Positions 9,576-20,037 of a DNA stretch of 64,000 bases are shown piece after piece. The DNA is from Eubacteriales bacterium (GTDB taxonomy: Bacteria; Bacillota; Clostridia; Oscillospirales; QAKW01). Below the pieces are notes generated by a model. The model did no database searches and was not told the origin of the DNA. It was given only the letters and a program-made list of their open reading frames with translations. The stretch's first letter is position 1; the number at the start of each line of letters is the position of its first letter. The DNA lies in the NCBI GenBank assembly GCA_045596965.1, contig JAZODI010000029.1:20779-84778 (forward strand), read 5' to 3'. A program made the position numbers and the translations under genes.

Positions 9576-11999
9576 ATGCCGTTTGTTTGCCGGGTTGCCA
9601 TCGATCAGATCGTGCAGAAGATCGACAGGGATTATGATTATATCCTGCCGAATTCTTTTGTTGCATCCGTTTTGCCCGGTATGCGTATTTTAGTGCCCTT
9701 CGGAAAGGCCAACGTTTTAAAAAAAGCAATGGTCTTGTCTGTTTTTCAGTCCGATGATACCGCTGAATTGAAGGAAGCAGTTCGCCTATTGGATCAGAAA
9801 CCCATGCTTGATAACATCCACCTGAAGCTTTGTGATTGGATGGCGGAGCAATATTTCATCACCCGCTATCAAGCAATTCATTGCATGATCCCGCGGGGAT
9901 TGGATTATAAAATCAACGAAACCTTTGCGTTGAATCCTTCGCGAGAAGAAATCCCTGATGAATATGCCGAATTGGTTTCCTTTATGAAAGAGGCCGGTCA
10001 TTCTGTAAGGCGCAGTGAAATTCCGCAGAAATTAAAAAAGCTTTGCCTGCCCGCTTATCGCGACGGTATTTTGATCGAAGAGATCAAATCGATCCGCAAT
10101 ATCGGCGATTTAAAGGAGAAAAGAATTCGGCGTGCCCGTTCTGTTGAAGAGATTGAGCTTTTTCTTTCGGAGTTGGGGCCTCGCTTCGATAAGCAGCGGG
10201 ATCTTCTCTCCATTTTCTTGGATGAATCGGATCTCTCCGCAAAGGATGTGCTTTACTATTCGGGTTGTGGCGTTTCCACCGTGAAGACGCTCTCTCAAAA
10301 GGGTTATATTGAGGTATACAGCCAGGCAAAAGAGCGTGTGCCGTATCAAAGTATGGAGCGCACCCAAGATCATACCCCTATCCATTTGCAGCAAGAGCAA
10401 CAGTCTGCCTATCAAGAAATTGCTGATCACTATAACTGCGAATCCACCCATTTACTTCATGGTGTTACCGGAAGCGGTAAAACTCATGTTTTTATGAAAT
10501 TGATGGATGATATGATGGAACAGGGGAGATCGGTCCTGATGATGGTCCCTGAGATTGCGCTTACGCCCCAAATGCTTAACCGTTTTTACCACCGCTATGG
10601 CGATTGCGTTTCGGTTTTGCATAGCGGACTCTCCATTGGTGAGAAAGCAGATGAGTGGAAAAAGATTCATCAAGGGGATGCTCGCATCGTTGTCGGAACC
10701 CGGAGCGCTGTTTTTGCTCCTTTAAAGAATCTTGGTCTCATCATCATGGACGAGGAGCATGAATCCACCTATAAATCCGAGACCAGCCCCCGTTTCCACG
10801 CCCGCGATATTGCGCGATTTCTTGCGCACCACCAGAATATTCCTCTTGTCCTTGCATCGGCAACACCTTCTATGGAGAGCTATTATGCGGCCGAACGAGG
10901 ACTTTATCAACTGCACACATTAGAGAAAAGATATAACGACGCGGCTCTGCCTGAGGTTACCCTTGTCGATATGAAGGAAGAGATCGCGGTTGAAGGCGCA
11001 AAGCTCTTTGGTGAGTCTTTGCTGGAAGCAATGAAGGATACTTTTCAAGCAGGGGAACAAGCCATTCTTTTTCTTAATCGACGCGGGATGCATTCCGTTG
11101 TCGGTTGTTCATCTTGCGGAAATGTTTCCAAGTGTCCATCCTGCGGAATTGCGCTAACCTACCATAAACCCAATCAACGGCTGATGTGCCATTATTGCGG
11201 TTATAACATTAAGCGATATTATAATTGCCCCGAATGTGGTAGCGCGCACATTAAAATGCTGGGATTGGGAACTCAATATGTTGAAGATGAGCTTCAAGCC
11301 TTATTCCCCGATATCCGCATTCTTCGCATGGACATGGATACGGTGGATTCCTATTTGTCCTACGGCGAAAAACTATCGGATTTTCGCGAGAAGAAATATG
11401 ATGTTATGCTTGGCACCCAAATGGTTGCTAAGGGTTTGGACTTTCCCCATGTTACCCTGGTGGGGGTTCTTCAGGCGGATATGTCCCTATATAACAATGA
11501 TTTTCGCGCCAACGAGCGCACCTTTGATCTTCTTACGCAGGTCTGTGGGCGCTCGGGCCGAAGCGATAGACCCGGTCGGGCAATTATTCAAACCTATTGC
11601 CCCGATCATCGTGTGATCGCTCTTTCCAAAGAGCAAAACTATTTAGATTTCTATCAGCAGGAACTTGCTTTTCGAAAATTGGCGAATTATCCGCCTTATT
11701 GCGATATCTTGCTGATTATGGTCGAGGGATTTTCTCAAGATACCGTCTCGAAAGGGATGGGATCGATCTATCAGTATCTCCAGCGAGCGAGTGTTGGTGA
11801 ATATAATAACATTCCTTTGCGCTTACTTTCGCCGATTGTGCCGAAAATCGGTATGATCCGCGGAAAACACCGGATGCAGATGTTGGTGAAATGCAAAAAC
11901 TCTCCAACGCTGCGCCGCTTAATTCGTGCGTGCAAAGAGCTGGAATTGCCCGGAAATCTTTCGGTTACATTCAACATTAATCCCATTCAATATTTTTGA
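9576..11999 (+). CDS. priA: primosomal replication restart helicase PriA
   Basis: Walker A 'GVTGSGKT', 'MDEEH', and Cys-rich Zn motifs 'CSSCG...CPSCG...CHYCG...CPECG'. The ORF opens at 9504, but the ATG at 9576 just after the rpoZ stop is the likely start. Confidence 0.93.
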   Translation: MPFVCRVAIDQIVQKIDRDYDYILPNSFVASVLPGMRILVPFGKANVLKKAMVLSVFQSDDTAELKEAVRLLDQKPMLDNIHLKLCDWMAEQYFITRYQAIHCMIPRGLDYKINETFALNPSREEIPDEYAELVSFMKEAGHSVRRSEIPQKLKKLCLPAYRDGILIEEIKSIRNIGDLKEKRIRRARSVEEIELFLSELGPRFDKQRDLLSIFLDESDLSAKDVLYYSGCGVSTVKTLSQKGYIEVYSQAKERVPYQSMERTQDHTPIHLQQEQQSAYQEIADHYNCESTHLLHGVTGSGKTHVFMKLMDDMMEQGRSVLMMVPEIALTPQMLNRFYHRYGDCVSVLHSGLSIGEKADEWKKIHQGDARIVVGTRSAVFAPLKNLGLIIMDEEHESTYKSETSPRFHARDIARFLAHHQNIPLVLASATPSMESYYAAERGLYQLHTLEKRYNDAALPEVTLVDMKEEIAVEGAKLFGESLLEAMKDTFQAGEQAILFLNRRGMHSVVGCSSCGNVSKCPSCGIALTYHKPNQRLMCHYCGYNIKRYYNCPECGSAHIKMLGLGTQYVEDELQALFPDIRILRMDMDTVDSYLSYGEKLSDFREKKYDVMLGTQMVAKGLDFPHVTLVGVLQADMSLYNNDFRANERTFDLLTQVCGRSGRSDRPGRAIIQTYCPDHRVIALSKEQNYLDFYQQELAFRKLANYPPYCDILLIMVEGFSQDTVSKGMGSIYQYLQRASVGEYNNIPLRLLSPIVPKIGMIRGKHRMQMLVKCKNSPTLRRLIRACKELELPGNLSVTFNINPIQYF

Positions 12000-12007
12000 G
12001 GTGAACT

Positions 12008-12475
12008 ATGGCATTAAGAAACCTTGTTAAGAACGATAATGAATTTCTGGGCAAAAAATCCCGCCCTGTAACTGTTTTCGATAACAAACTCTCTATGTTG
12101 GTAGATGATATGAGAGAGACTTTGCGCAAAGAAGTCGGCGCAGGGCTTGCAGCGCCGCAGGTTGGGATTTTACGCAGAATATTTATTGCGGATATCCACG
12201 GGGACGGGAGTGAATATAAAGAATTCATCAACCCCGAAATCATTTCTGCCACCGGCAAAAACGACCGCTATCTGGAGGGTTGCCTTTCCTATCCGGGCAG
12301 AAGTTTCCGCATCACCCGCGCCCATAAAGTGAAGATGCGCGCGCAGGATGTGAACGGAGAATTCTTTGAGTTTAAAGCGGAAGATTTTGTTGCAAGATGT
12401 TTGCTTCATGAATATGACCACCTGGAGGGAATTACCATTCCTATGATCGGGGAAGAGGTTTTTGAAAATGAATAA
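12008..12475 (+). CDS. def: peptide deformylase
   Basis: 155 aa. 'GAGLAAPQVG', 'EGCLSYPG' and 'HEYDHLEG' are the three Def motifs. Confidence 0.95.
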   Translation: MALRNLVKNDNEFLGKKSRPVTVFDNKLSMLVDDMRETLRKEVGAGLAAPQVGILRRIFIADIHGDGSEYKEFINPEIISATGKNDRYLEGCLSYPGRSFRITRAHKVKMRAQDVNGEFFEFKAEDFVARCLLHEYDHLEGITIPMIGEEVFENE

Positions 12476-13403
12476 ACTGCGTGTTTTATTTATGGGTACG
12501 CCCGATTTTGCACTACCTTCCTGCGAGGCATTATATCAGCGTTTCAATTTGGTCGGTGTTGTTACCCAGCCCGACCGCCCCAAGGGAAGAGGCGGGAAAC
12601 TATCCGCACCACCCGTTAAAGAATTTGCGCTTGCTCATGATCTGCCTTGCTGGCAACCGACGATTCTTAAAGATGGGTCCTTCCAAGGAGTTTTGGATGA
12701 GACTAAACCGGATCTGATTGTTGTGGCAGCCTATGGCCGTATTTTACCGGAATATATTTTGAATTATCCCCAATATGGCTGCATCAATGTTCATGGCTCT
12801 TTATTGCCCAAATACCGCGGTGCCGCCCCTATCCAACGCGCAGTTATCGATGGGGAAAAAGAGACCGGTGTTACCATTATGAAGATGGCCAAGGGGATGG
12901 ATACCGGCGATATGATCCTGAAGGTATCGACCCCCATCACCGAAACAGATACAGCGGGAACTCTTTTTGACCGACTGGCTGTTTTGGGCGCCGAAGTTTT
13001 ATTGGAAGCAATCGCTCAAATTGTTGAGGGTACTGCTATATATACGCCTCAGGATGATGCACAAGCCACTTATGCACCCATGATTGAGAAATCGGAGGGG
13101 GCGATCGATTTTAATCGCCCTGCATCGGATTTATTCCATTTGATTATGGGCATGAACCCCTCACCGGGAGCATTTGTTGATTTCGGCGATTATCGCATCA
13201 AGATCCATGAAGCAAGTGTTTCCGACCGATGCAACAACCAACCCGGCGTAATTTGTACTGTATCTAAAGATGGCATAGATGTTGCCTGTGGAGATGGCAA
13301 TTCCTTGCGTTTGAAAATGGTTCAGAAGCAAGGAAAAAATAAGACCGATGCATATTCCTATGCATGCGGCGCAAAACTTGTCGTGGGGGAAGAATTTAGA
13401 TAA
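12462..13403 (+). CDS. fmt: methionyl-tRNA formyltransferase
   Basis: 313 aa. 'VLFMGTPDFA', 'NVHGSLLPKYRGAAPIQ'. Sits in def-fmt synteny. Confidence 0.94.
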   Translation: MKMNKLRVLFMGTPDFALPSCEALYQRFNLVGVVTQPDRPKGRGGKLSAPPVKEFALAHDLPCWQPTILKDGSFQGVLDETKPDLIVVAAYGRILPEYILNYPQYGCINVHGSLLPKYRGAAPIQRAVIDGEKETGVTIMKMAKGMDTGDMILKVSTPITETDTAGTLFDRLAVLGAEVLLEAIAQIVEGTAIYTPQDDAQATYAPMIEKSEGAIDFNRPASDLFHLIMGMNPSPGAFVDFGDYRIKIHEASVSDRCNNQPGVICTVSKDGIDVACGDGNSLRLKMVQKQGKNKTDAYSYACGAKLVVGEEFR

Positions 13404-13419
13404 GGAGTCCGTGCTTTTT

Positions 13420-14109
13420 ATGTTCTACGGTTATGATTATGGTATTTTTGCCATGCTTCCGATTATTATACTTGCAACGATCGTTCAATTTCGTTTGCAA
13501 TCGGCCTATTCCAAGTATTCTAAGATCTCCAACGGCAAGGGGATAACAGGGGCCATGATGGCAGAAATGATTTTGCACGGTGCCGCCATTTTTGATGTTC
13601 GGGTAGAGCAGACAAACGGTAAGCTTTCCGATCATTACGATCCTGCCAAAAAGGTGGTGCGTTTGTCCGATGAAGTCTATAACGGAACAAGCGTTGCCTC
13701 CATCGGCATTGCTGCCCATGAATGTGGCCATGCCATTCAGCATAATGTGAATTATTTTCCCTTGCGCTTGCGTTCATCGGCTGTAGGGATCACAAACTTT
13801 AGCTCAAAATTACTGTATATTTTAATTCTTAGCAGTTTCTTTTTCTATAGCTATTCTTTTAGCACCGTCATTTTTAACATTGCTACAATCTGTTATGCAA
13901 TCATCTTCTTATTTCAGTTGATCACATTGCCGGTGGAATTCAATGCTTCGAACCGTGCTGTTAAGATCATTGAAGCCAATGGATTTACGAATCAGGATAT
14001 ATCCGGAGTGCGAAAGGTATTGAACGCGGCTGCTATGACCTATGTTGCCTCTGCGGCCACGGCGCTCTGGCAACTTTTGCGAATGCTCAGCAGAGCTAGA
14101 AGGCGTTGA
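13420..14109 (+). CDS. membrane zinc metallopeptidase (YugP-like, Zn_peptidase_2 family)
   Basis: 'AAHECGHAIQH' HExxH motif, TM helices at both ends. The ORF opens at 13348; the ATG at 13420 is the likely start. Confidence 0.8.
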   Translation: MFYGYDYGIFAMLPIIILATIVQFRLQSAYSKYSKISNGKGITGAMMAEMILHGAAIFDVRVEQTNGKLSDHYDPAKKVVRLSDEVYNGTSVASIGIAAHECGHAIQHNVNYFPLRLRSSAVGITNFSSKLLYILILSSFFFYSYSFSTVIFNIATICYAIIFLFQLITLPVEFNASNRAVKIIEANGFTNQDISGVRKVLNAAAMTYVASAATALWQLLRMLSRARRR

Positions 14110-15380
14110 TGATGGATATACGTTTATTGGCATATAATTTGATCGAAGAATGGGATGTTAAAAAATCCTATCCCAATCTATCTTTAAAAAAAGCGTTGCG
14201 CTCTGTTGCTGATCTGCGGGATCGCCGTTTTATAACTGCGTTGGTTTATGGCGTTGTTGAAAGAAAGATCACGTTGGATCATTTTATCAACCAATGCGCC
14301 AATCGCAAGGTGGATAAAATGTCTGCAGCGGTTCGCTCAATTCTTCGGATGGGTGTTTATCAGATGTTTTATATGAATGTTCCGCTCTCGGCGGCCTGCA
14401 ACACATCCGTTGATTTAATTAAGAAAAGAGGGTTTTCCCATAGCGCTTCCTTTGTCAACGGTGTACTGCGGTGTTGTGCGCGGAATAAAGATCAACTTTT
14501 GGCACTGAAAAAGGCAGATTACTCTGTTCGATTTTCAATTGACCCTATGATTGTTGATCTTTTGCTTGAGCAATACGGGAAAGAAACCTTTTTGAAAATA
14601 ATTGAAGGCATTTCCGCTCAGAGCAATGCCATATATCTTTACCATAATACAAAAAAAGGAGATACATCCGCCTTTTTAGATCAATTGAATCAAGAGGGAA
14701 TCGAAGTGGATCAAACCATGATCCCAAACCTATATCAAAGTAAGTACGGCTTTTCGGTCGAAGATTCCGAGAGTTTCCGGCAGGGTTGGTTTCATATCGT
14801 TGGAGTGCACTCTGCTGAGGCGGCTCTTTTGATGCCGAAAGATGCGAAGGTCGTTTTGGATCTTTGCGCGGCACCGGGCGGCAAGACCTTTATAATGGCT
14901 ACCCAAACCGATGGTCGGATTCATTCCTTCGACATTCACCCCCATAAGGTTCAATTATTAACGCAATCTGCAAACCGCATGGGCCACGCAAACGTTACCG
15001 CCGATTGCGCAGATGCCTCTGAATTTAAAGAGGCATTTAAGGAAGCTGCCGATTTCGTTTTATGTGATGTGCCATGCAGTGGCCTTGGAATTATAGGCAA
15101 AAAGCCCGACATTAAATATAAGACCTATAACAGCGAGGAATTTACAAATCTTCAATATAATATTCTTTGCAACGCATCCGACTATTTAAAGAAAGGCGGT
15201 CGGATGGTTTATTCCACCTGCACATTAGATAAGAGGGAAAACGAAGATCAGATTCATCGTTTTCTTAGAGAACATCCTGCATTTTCTTTGGATAGCCAAA
15301 CAATTGAAAATGGCATGCGAACATTCTTGCCAAACAAAGAAACAGATGGTTTTTTCATCGCGGCATTAAAGAAAGGTTAA
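14109..15380 (+). CDS. rsmB: 16S rRNA (cytosine967-C5)-methyltransferase
   Basis: NusB-like N-terminal domain plus 'DLCAAPGGKT', 'DVPCSG' and 'YSTCT' motifs. Confidence 0.9.
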   Translation: MMDIRLLAYNLIEEWDVKKSYPNLSLKKALRSVADLRDRRFITALVYGVVERKITLDHFINQCANRKVDKMSAAVRSILRMGVYQMFYMNVPLSAACNTSVDLIKKRGFSHSASFVNGVLRCCARNKDQLLALKKADYSVRFSIDPMIVDLLLEQYGKETFLKIIEGISAQSNAIYLYHNTKKGDTSAFLDQLNQEGIEVDQTMIPNLYQSKYGFSVEDSESFRQGWFHIVGVHSAEAALLMPKDAKVVLDLCAAPGGKTFIMATQTDGRIHSFDIHPHKVQLLTQSANRMGHANVTADCADASEFKEAFKEAADFVLCDVPCSGLGIIGKKPDIKYKTYNSEEFTNLQYNILCNASDYLKKGGRMVYSTCTLDKRENEDQIHRFLREHPAFSLDSQTIENGMRTFLPNKETDGFFIAALKKG

Positions 15381-15383
15381 CGC

Positions 15384-16442
15384 TTGAAAAAAGACATAAA
15401 GTCCATGACAATGGAGGAACTTTCCGCCTACATACTTAATATCGGTGAACCAAAATTTCGAGCTAAGCAGATTTATAAGTGGTTGCATCGGGGTGTGCGT
15501 CGTTTTGATGAGATGACCGATCTTTCCAAAGCCCTGCAGGCAAAGCTGGATGATGATGCGTTTATTACTACCCTGAGGATCTATAAACGATTTAAATCCC
15601 GATTAGATGATACGGTCAAATATTTATTCCAATTAGAAGACGGTAATATCATTGAAACGGTTGCGATGAGCTATTACCATGGATATTCAATTTGCATTTC
15701 CTCTCAGGTGGGATGCCGCATGGGCTGCGCATTTTGCCAATCCACCAAAAAGGGTTTGGTTCGTTCGCTGACCGCAGGGGAGATTCTGGATCAGATCATA
15801 AAGGTTCAGGAAGATCTTGGAATTCGCATTTCAAACATTGTTATGATGGGAATCGGTGAACCCTTGGATAACTTTGATGAGGTCATACGTTTTTTAAAGA
15901 ACGTAAATGATCCCGAAGGCATCAACATAGGGTATCGACATATTTCTCTTTCCACCTGCGGCTTGATTCCGCAAATTGCCCGCTTGGCGGAATATGAATT
16001 GCCCATCACATTATCAATTTCCCTTCACGCAACAAATGATGAGAAGCGGTCTCAGATCATGCCGATCAACCGAAAGTACCATATTGATCAATTGATCGAA
16101 GCCTGTAGGAAATATCAGGCGCAGACGGGGCGCAGAATTTCATTTGAATACGCGGTTATTGATGGTGTGAATGACCGTTATGAAAATGCGAAGGAATTAA
16201 AAGAACTCTTAACGGGTCTTTTATGTCATATAAATCTAATTCCTGTTAATCCGATTGAGGATGGTGCATTTCGTCCACCTTCCCGAAAGAACATTCTCGG
16301 TTTTCAGGAAACACTCATTAAAATGGGGCTGAACGCCACCATTCGCAGAACACTCGGCGGCGATATTTCCGCTTCTTGCGGTCAGCTCCGCCATCAAGCT
16401 TCGGAAAAGGAGGGAATTGGACTTGAAAATTATCGGCAATAG
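15384..16442 (+). CDS. rlmN: 23S rRNA (adenine2503-C2)-methyltransferase (radical SAM)
   Basis: 352 aa. 'FRAKQIYKWL', radical-SAM 'GCRMGCAFC'. TTG start. Confidence 0.93.
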   Translation: MKKDIKSMTMEELSAYILNIGEPKFRAKQIYKWLHRGVRRFDEMTDLSKALQAKLDDDAFITTLRIYKRFKSRLDDTVKYLFQLEDGNIIETVAMSYYHGYSICISSQVGCRMGCAFCQSTKKGLVRSLTAGEILDQIIKVQEDLGIRISNIVMMGIGEPLDNFDEVIRFLKNVNDPEGINIGYRHISLSTCGLIPQIARLAEYELPITLSISLHATNDEKRSQIMPINRKYHIDQLIEACRKYQAQTGRRISFEYAVIDGVNDRYENAKELKELLTGLLCHINLIPVNPIEDGAFRPPSRKNILGFQETLIKMGLNATIRRTLGGDISASCGQLRHQASEKEGIGLENYRQ

Positions 16443-17139
16443 CGACATCGGCCTGGTTCGCCAAGAGAACCAGGATGCCTATTGGGTATATCAAATCGAT
16501 GATCAAACATGCCTGGCTGTTGTTTGCGACGGCATGGGCGGTGCGCGCGGCGGTCAGCAAGCAAGCACCTTGGCTGTTCAATCAATTAAAGAATATGTTG
16601 AGAAAAACGGCTTAACAGAAAAACCCGAAAAGTTATTTGATAAGATTGTTACATTTTGCAACACGAACGTTTTCAATGCCGCAAAATCCAACGAGGATTT
16701 GATTGGGATGGGAACAACATTAGTTCTGGCACTCATATGCGATGATACCGTATCGTTTGCCAACGTTGGAGACAGTCGCGCCTACCATATAACCAACGGT
16801 TCTATTCGACAGATCACTAAAGATCATTCTGCCGTTCAAGAACTGGTGGATAGCGGTCATATTACAGAACGACAAGCAAAGCTACATCCTAATAAAAATA
16901 TCATCACCCGCGCAATCGGGATTGAAGAGAGCATACCTTTTGATTTCTTTGAGGAAAAACTCCAGAGCGGAGATATTATACTCTTGTGTACCGACGGACT
17001 GAGCAATTATGTGGATGAAAATGAAATTCAGTTCGAGGCTTCCGGCGGGGAATTTGAGGGACTGACATCCCGATTGATCGATCTTGCAAACAGCAGAGGC
17101 GGAACGGATAATATCACGGTTGCCGCCATTCAGATTTAA
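16417..17139 (+). CDS. stp: PP2C-family Ser/Thr protein phosphatase
   Basis: 240 aa. 'SDIGLVRQENQD', 'VCDGMGG', 'GGTDNITV'. TTG start after 'aaaaggaggg'. Confidence 0.9.
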   Translation: MDLKIIGNSDIGLVRQENQDAYWVYQIDDQTCLAVVCDGMGGARGGQQASTLAVQSIKEYVEKNGLTEKPEKLFDKIVTFCNTNVFNAAKSNEDLIGMGTTLVLALICDDTVSFANVGDSRAYHITNGSIRQITKDHSAVQELVDSGHITERQAKLHPNKNIITRAIGIEESIPFDFFEEKLQSGDIILLCTDGLSNYVDENEIQFEASGGEFEGLTSRLIDLANSRGGTDNITVAAIQI

Positions 17140-17152
17140 GGAGGATTTAGGA

Positions 17153-19135
17153 ATGGAAAAGTATATCGGACAAGTGCTTAATGATCGGTACATGATTACC
17201 GAGGTAGTGGGCGTCGGCGGCATGGCCTATGTTTTCAAAGCGTTTGATAAAGTTTGCAACCGTGTTGTTGCTGTGAAGATTTTGAAGGACGAATTTATGT
17301 CCGACGCGCAGTTCCGCCGTCGGTTCACTAATGAATCCAAGGCCATCACCATGCTTTCTCATAATAATATTGTTGATGTTTATGATGTTTCTCTCGAAGG
17401 GGATGCGCTTTATATCGTTATGGAATACATCGATGGCATCACCTTGAAGGAATACATGGAGAAAAAGGGCATTCTTTCGGATGTGGAAGCCCTTCATTTT
17501 ATCAAGCAGATTTTAAAGGGCTTAGCCCATGCCCACGAGCGTGGAATCGTTCATCGAGATGTTAAGCCTCATAACATCATTTTGCTCAAAGACGGCACCA
17601 TCAAAATTACCGATTTCGGCATTGCTCGCCTGACAAAATTTGACACTCAGACCATCAGCGACATGACCATTGGCTCGGTTCATTATATCAGCCCTGAGCA
17701 GGCAAGCGGTGACCGCACCGATGAGCGAAGCGATATCTATTCCGTTGGTATTATTCTTTATGAAATGTTGACCGGAAAGCTGCCCTTTGAAGCAGATACC
17801 GCAGTTGCAGTTGCTCTGATGCAGGTCCAGGCCCAGCCTGATCTGCCTACCGAACTCAACGATCAGCTTCGTCAGGGTCTGGAAGATATTACTTTGAAGG
17901 CGATCATGAAAGATCCGGCTGTCCGCTATCAGTCTGCCGCCGCTGTCTTGGCTGATATTGTTCAGTACGAAGCAGATCCCACCATTACCTTTAATTATTT
18001 CTCCGAGGAACAGGACGAACCGTTCCTTTCTGCCGATAATTCCCCCACACTTTTTGCTTCGGATCTCTTAAAAGATGAAGCAAACTATACTGAAGATGAG
18101 GAAGAAGCAGAGGATGAGGAAGAAAATCCTTCTAAATTCAAGAGTACTTGGCTGCCCATTATTGCCGGCATCGGCACAGCGGTATTGCTTTTGATTCTTT
18201 TTGCTTTGGGTGTGATCTTCCAAAAAGAACTCTTTGGTCCCGGCACCGTTAGTTGCCCCAATGTTGTCGGCATGGATCTGGAGAAAGCCAAGGCCGAATA
18301 TAATTTCAAGTTTGTTGTTGGTTCTACTGCCTCCAGCGATAAATATTTGGAAGGCGAGATCATCTCTCAAAGCCCTGATGCAAACAGCGATATCAAAAAG
18401 AAGAGCACCATTACGGTCGTTATCAGCGATGGCCCTGCAAGTATTAACAAAAATGATCCCTCTACTGCAACCAATTATGTTCCTGCTGTTGTAGGGATGT
18501 CCAAGGCTGCCGCCATTGCAGAATTCCGTCTTCAGGAAATCTCCTATCGCATTGAAACCAGATTCGATGCAAACGTGGAAGAAGGGAAAGTTATTTCCAC
18601 TTATCCCTCTGCCGGTAAGGAAGTGGATGATGATACGATTGTTACCATCACCATCAGCCGCGGACCTGAAGAGTCCGATGAAGAGGAGCCGGGTGAAATC
18701 GAAACCATTATCATGCCCGATCTTTCTAATCTTACCGAAAACGCCGCAAAGACCACATTGAAGAATAACCGCCTGGAAATCGGTACCGTTAAGAGCGAAC
18801 ATCATGATACTATTGAAAAGGGGAAGGTGATCTCCCAAAGCGTTTTAAAAGATGTTAAGGTAGAAGTCGGCACCACCATTGATATCGTTATCAGCCTTGG
18901 TCCTAAGGAGGATGGCGATACAGTTCCCGACGAAACTGATAAGCCCGATGGAGGTACAAACGAGCCTGATAAGACTCCCGACGGGGAGACTCCCGATTCC
19001 GGTAATGGCACAACCCAACCGGATGGAGGCGATACCCCGACAAGCGGCGAAACGGATGGGAATACTGCTAACGGCAATTCCGGTAACAACAATTCCAATC
19101 CGAGTAATTCTAATAATTCCGGAAGTTCCAATTAA
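17153..19135 (+). CDS. prkC: Ser/Thr protein kinase PrkC with PASTA repeats
   Basis: Kinase motifs 'GVGGMAYVFKA', 'HRDVKPHNI' and 'DFG', one TM helix, three PASTA-like repeats and a Gly/Asn/Ser/Pro-rich tail. The ORF opens at 17084; the ATG at 17153 is the likely start. Confidence 0.93.
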   Translation: MEKYIGQVLNDRYMITEVVGVGGMAYVFKAFDKVCNRVVAVKILKDEFMSDAQFRRRFTNESKAITMLSHNNIVDVYDVSLEGDALYIVMEYIDGITLKEYMEKKGILSDVEALHFIKQILKGLAHAHERGIVHRDVKPHNIILLKDGTIKITDFGIARLTKFDTQTISDMTIGSVHYISPEQASGDRTDERSDIYSVGIILYEMLTGKLPFEADTAVAVALMQVQAQPDLPTELNDQLRQGLEDITLKAIMKDPAVRYQSAAAVLADIVQYEADPTITFNYFSEEQDEPFLSADNSPTLFASDLLKDEANYTEDEEEAEDEEENPSKFKSTWLPIIAGIGTAVLLLILFALGVIFQKELFGPGTVSCPNVVGMDLEKAKAEYNFKFVVGSTASSDKYLEGEIISQSPDANSDIKKKSTITVVISDGPASINKNDPSTATNYVPAVVGMSKAAAIAEFRLQEISYRIETRFDANVEEGKVISTYPSAGKEVDDDTIVTITISRGPEESDEEEPGEIETIIMPDLSNLTENAAKTTLKNNRLEIGTVKSEHHDTIEKGKVISQSVLKDVKVEVGTTIDIVISLGPKEDGDTVPDETDKPDGGTNEPDKTPDGETPDSGNGTTQPDGGDTPTSGETDGNTANGNSGNNNSNPSNSNNSGSSN

Positions 19136-19143
19136 CCAAGTGT

Positions 19144-20037
19144 ATGATAGGTAAAATAATCAAATTGCTCTCCGGTGTCTACACGGTTGAGACACCGGAA
19201 GGGCTCTACCTATGCCGTGCGAAAGGTAGTTTTCGAAAGAAAGGCATCTCCCCGGTGCCCGGGGATCAGGTTGAAATCCTCCCATTGCCGGATCACACCG
19301 GGCGCATTGAGGCGATTTTGCCGCGCCGTAATTATATGATTCGTCCGAATGTGGCGAATGTGGATGTTCTTTGCTATGTTTCGGCATTTTCTAAGCCCAC
19401 CCCCTTTCAATATACCATTGATAAGATGCTTATCATTGCGCAAAATCAAAAGATTGAGCCCATACTTGTGTTTAATAAAAGTGATCTTGCAGATGAAGAA
19501 AATGTTTCGGAACTTGCCGCGTTATACACCCGCCTTGGCTATAAGGTTTTTTGCGTTTCTGCGTCCCTTGGCTACGGAATAGAAGAACTGAGTGAAGCGT
19601 TGAAAAATAAGACCGTTGTCTTTGCGGGAAATACCGGCGTGGGGAAGAGCAGTATTCTGAATGCGCTTTATCCCGAACTACGATTAGAAACGGGTGAAGT
19701 ATCTGATAAGCTTGGGCGTGGCCGCCATACAACCCGCCATATCGAACTGTTTCCATCAAACGGTAGCTATATCGCCGATACCCCCGGCTTTGGCGCTCTG
19801 GAATTAGAAGGTTATCCCATGGAACGAAGAGAACTTGCTTCCTATTTTCCGGAATTTGAGGCCTATTTGGATGAGTGCATCTATTTAGATTGTTCTCATT
19901 TGAACGAACGATCCTGCGGGGTATGTAACGCTGTCCAACAAGGGCAGATCGACACCAAGCGATATGAAAGTTATCGGCAGATCTATCAATATTTAAAGGA
20001 GGCGGAAACGCCTTGGACCAAAAAGAACGCAAATTAA
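19144..20037 (+). CDS. rsgA: ribosome small-subunit-dependent GTPase A
   Basis: 297 aa. 'FNKSDL', 'GNTGVGKSSILNAL', C-terminal Zn cluster 'CSHLNERSCGVC'. Confidence 0.92.
   Translation: MIGKIIKLLSGVYTVETPEGLYLCRAKGSFRKKGISPVPGDQVEILPLPDHTGRIEAILPRRNYMIRPNVANVDVLCYVSAFSKPTPFQYTIDKMLIIAQNQKIEPILVFNKSDLADEENVSELAALYTRLGYKVFCVSASLGYGIEELSEALKNKTVVFAGNTGVGKSSILNALYPELRLETGEVSDKLGRGRHTTRHIELFPSNGSYIADTPGFGALELEGYPMERRELASYFPEFEAYLDECIYLDCSHLNERSCGVCNAVQQGQIDTKRYESYRQIYQYLKEAETPWTKKNAN

Noticed and set aside
18068-18838. 256-aa antisense ORF inside prkC, plus other long antisense or shadow ORFs (for example 19472-20146, 30029-30553, 28851-29354, 5768-6256, 46281-46763, 629-901)
   Set aside because: All lie opposite or out of frame to genes with unambiguous conserved products. 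They lack an RBS and recognisable motifs. They are typical shadow ORFs.
18880-19135. Low-complexity Gly/Asn/Ser/Pro/Thr tail of PrkC as a separate feature or repeat
   Set aside because: It is a compositionally biased extracellular tail common in PASTA kinases. There is no exact nucleotide tandem repeat and no independent ORF.
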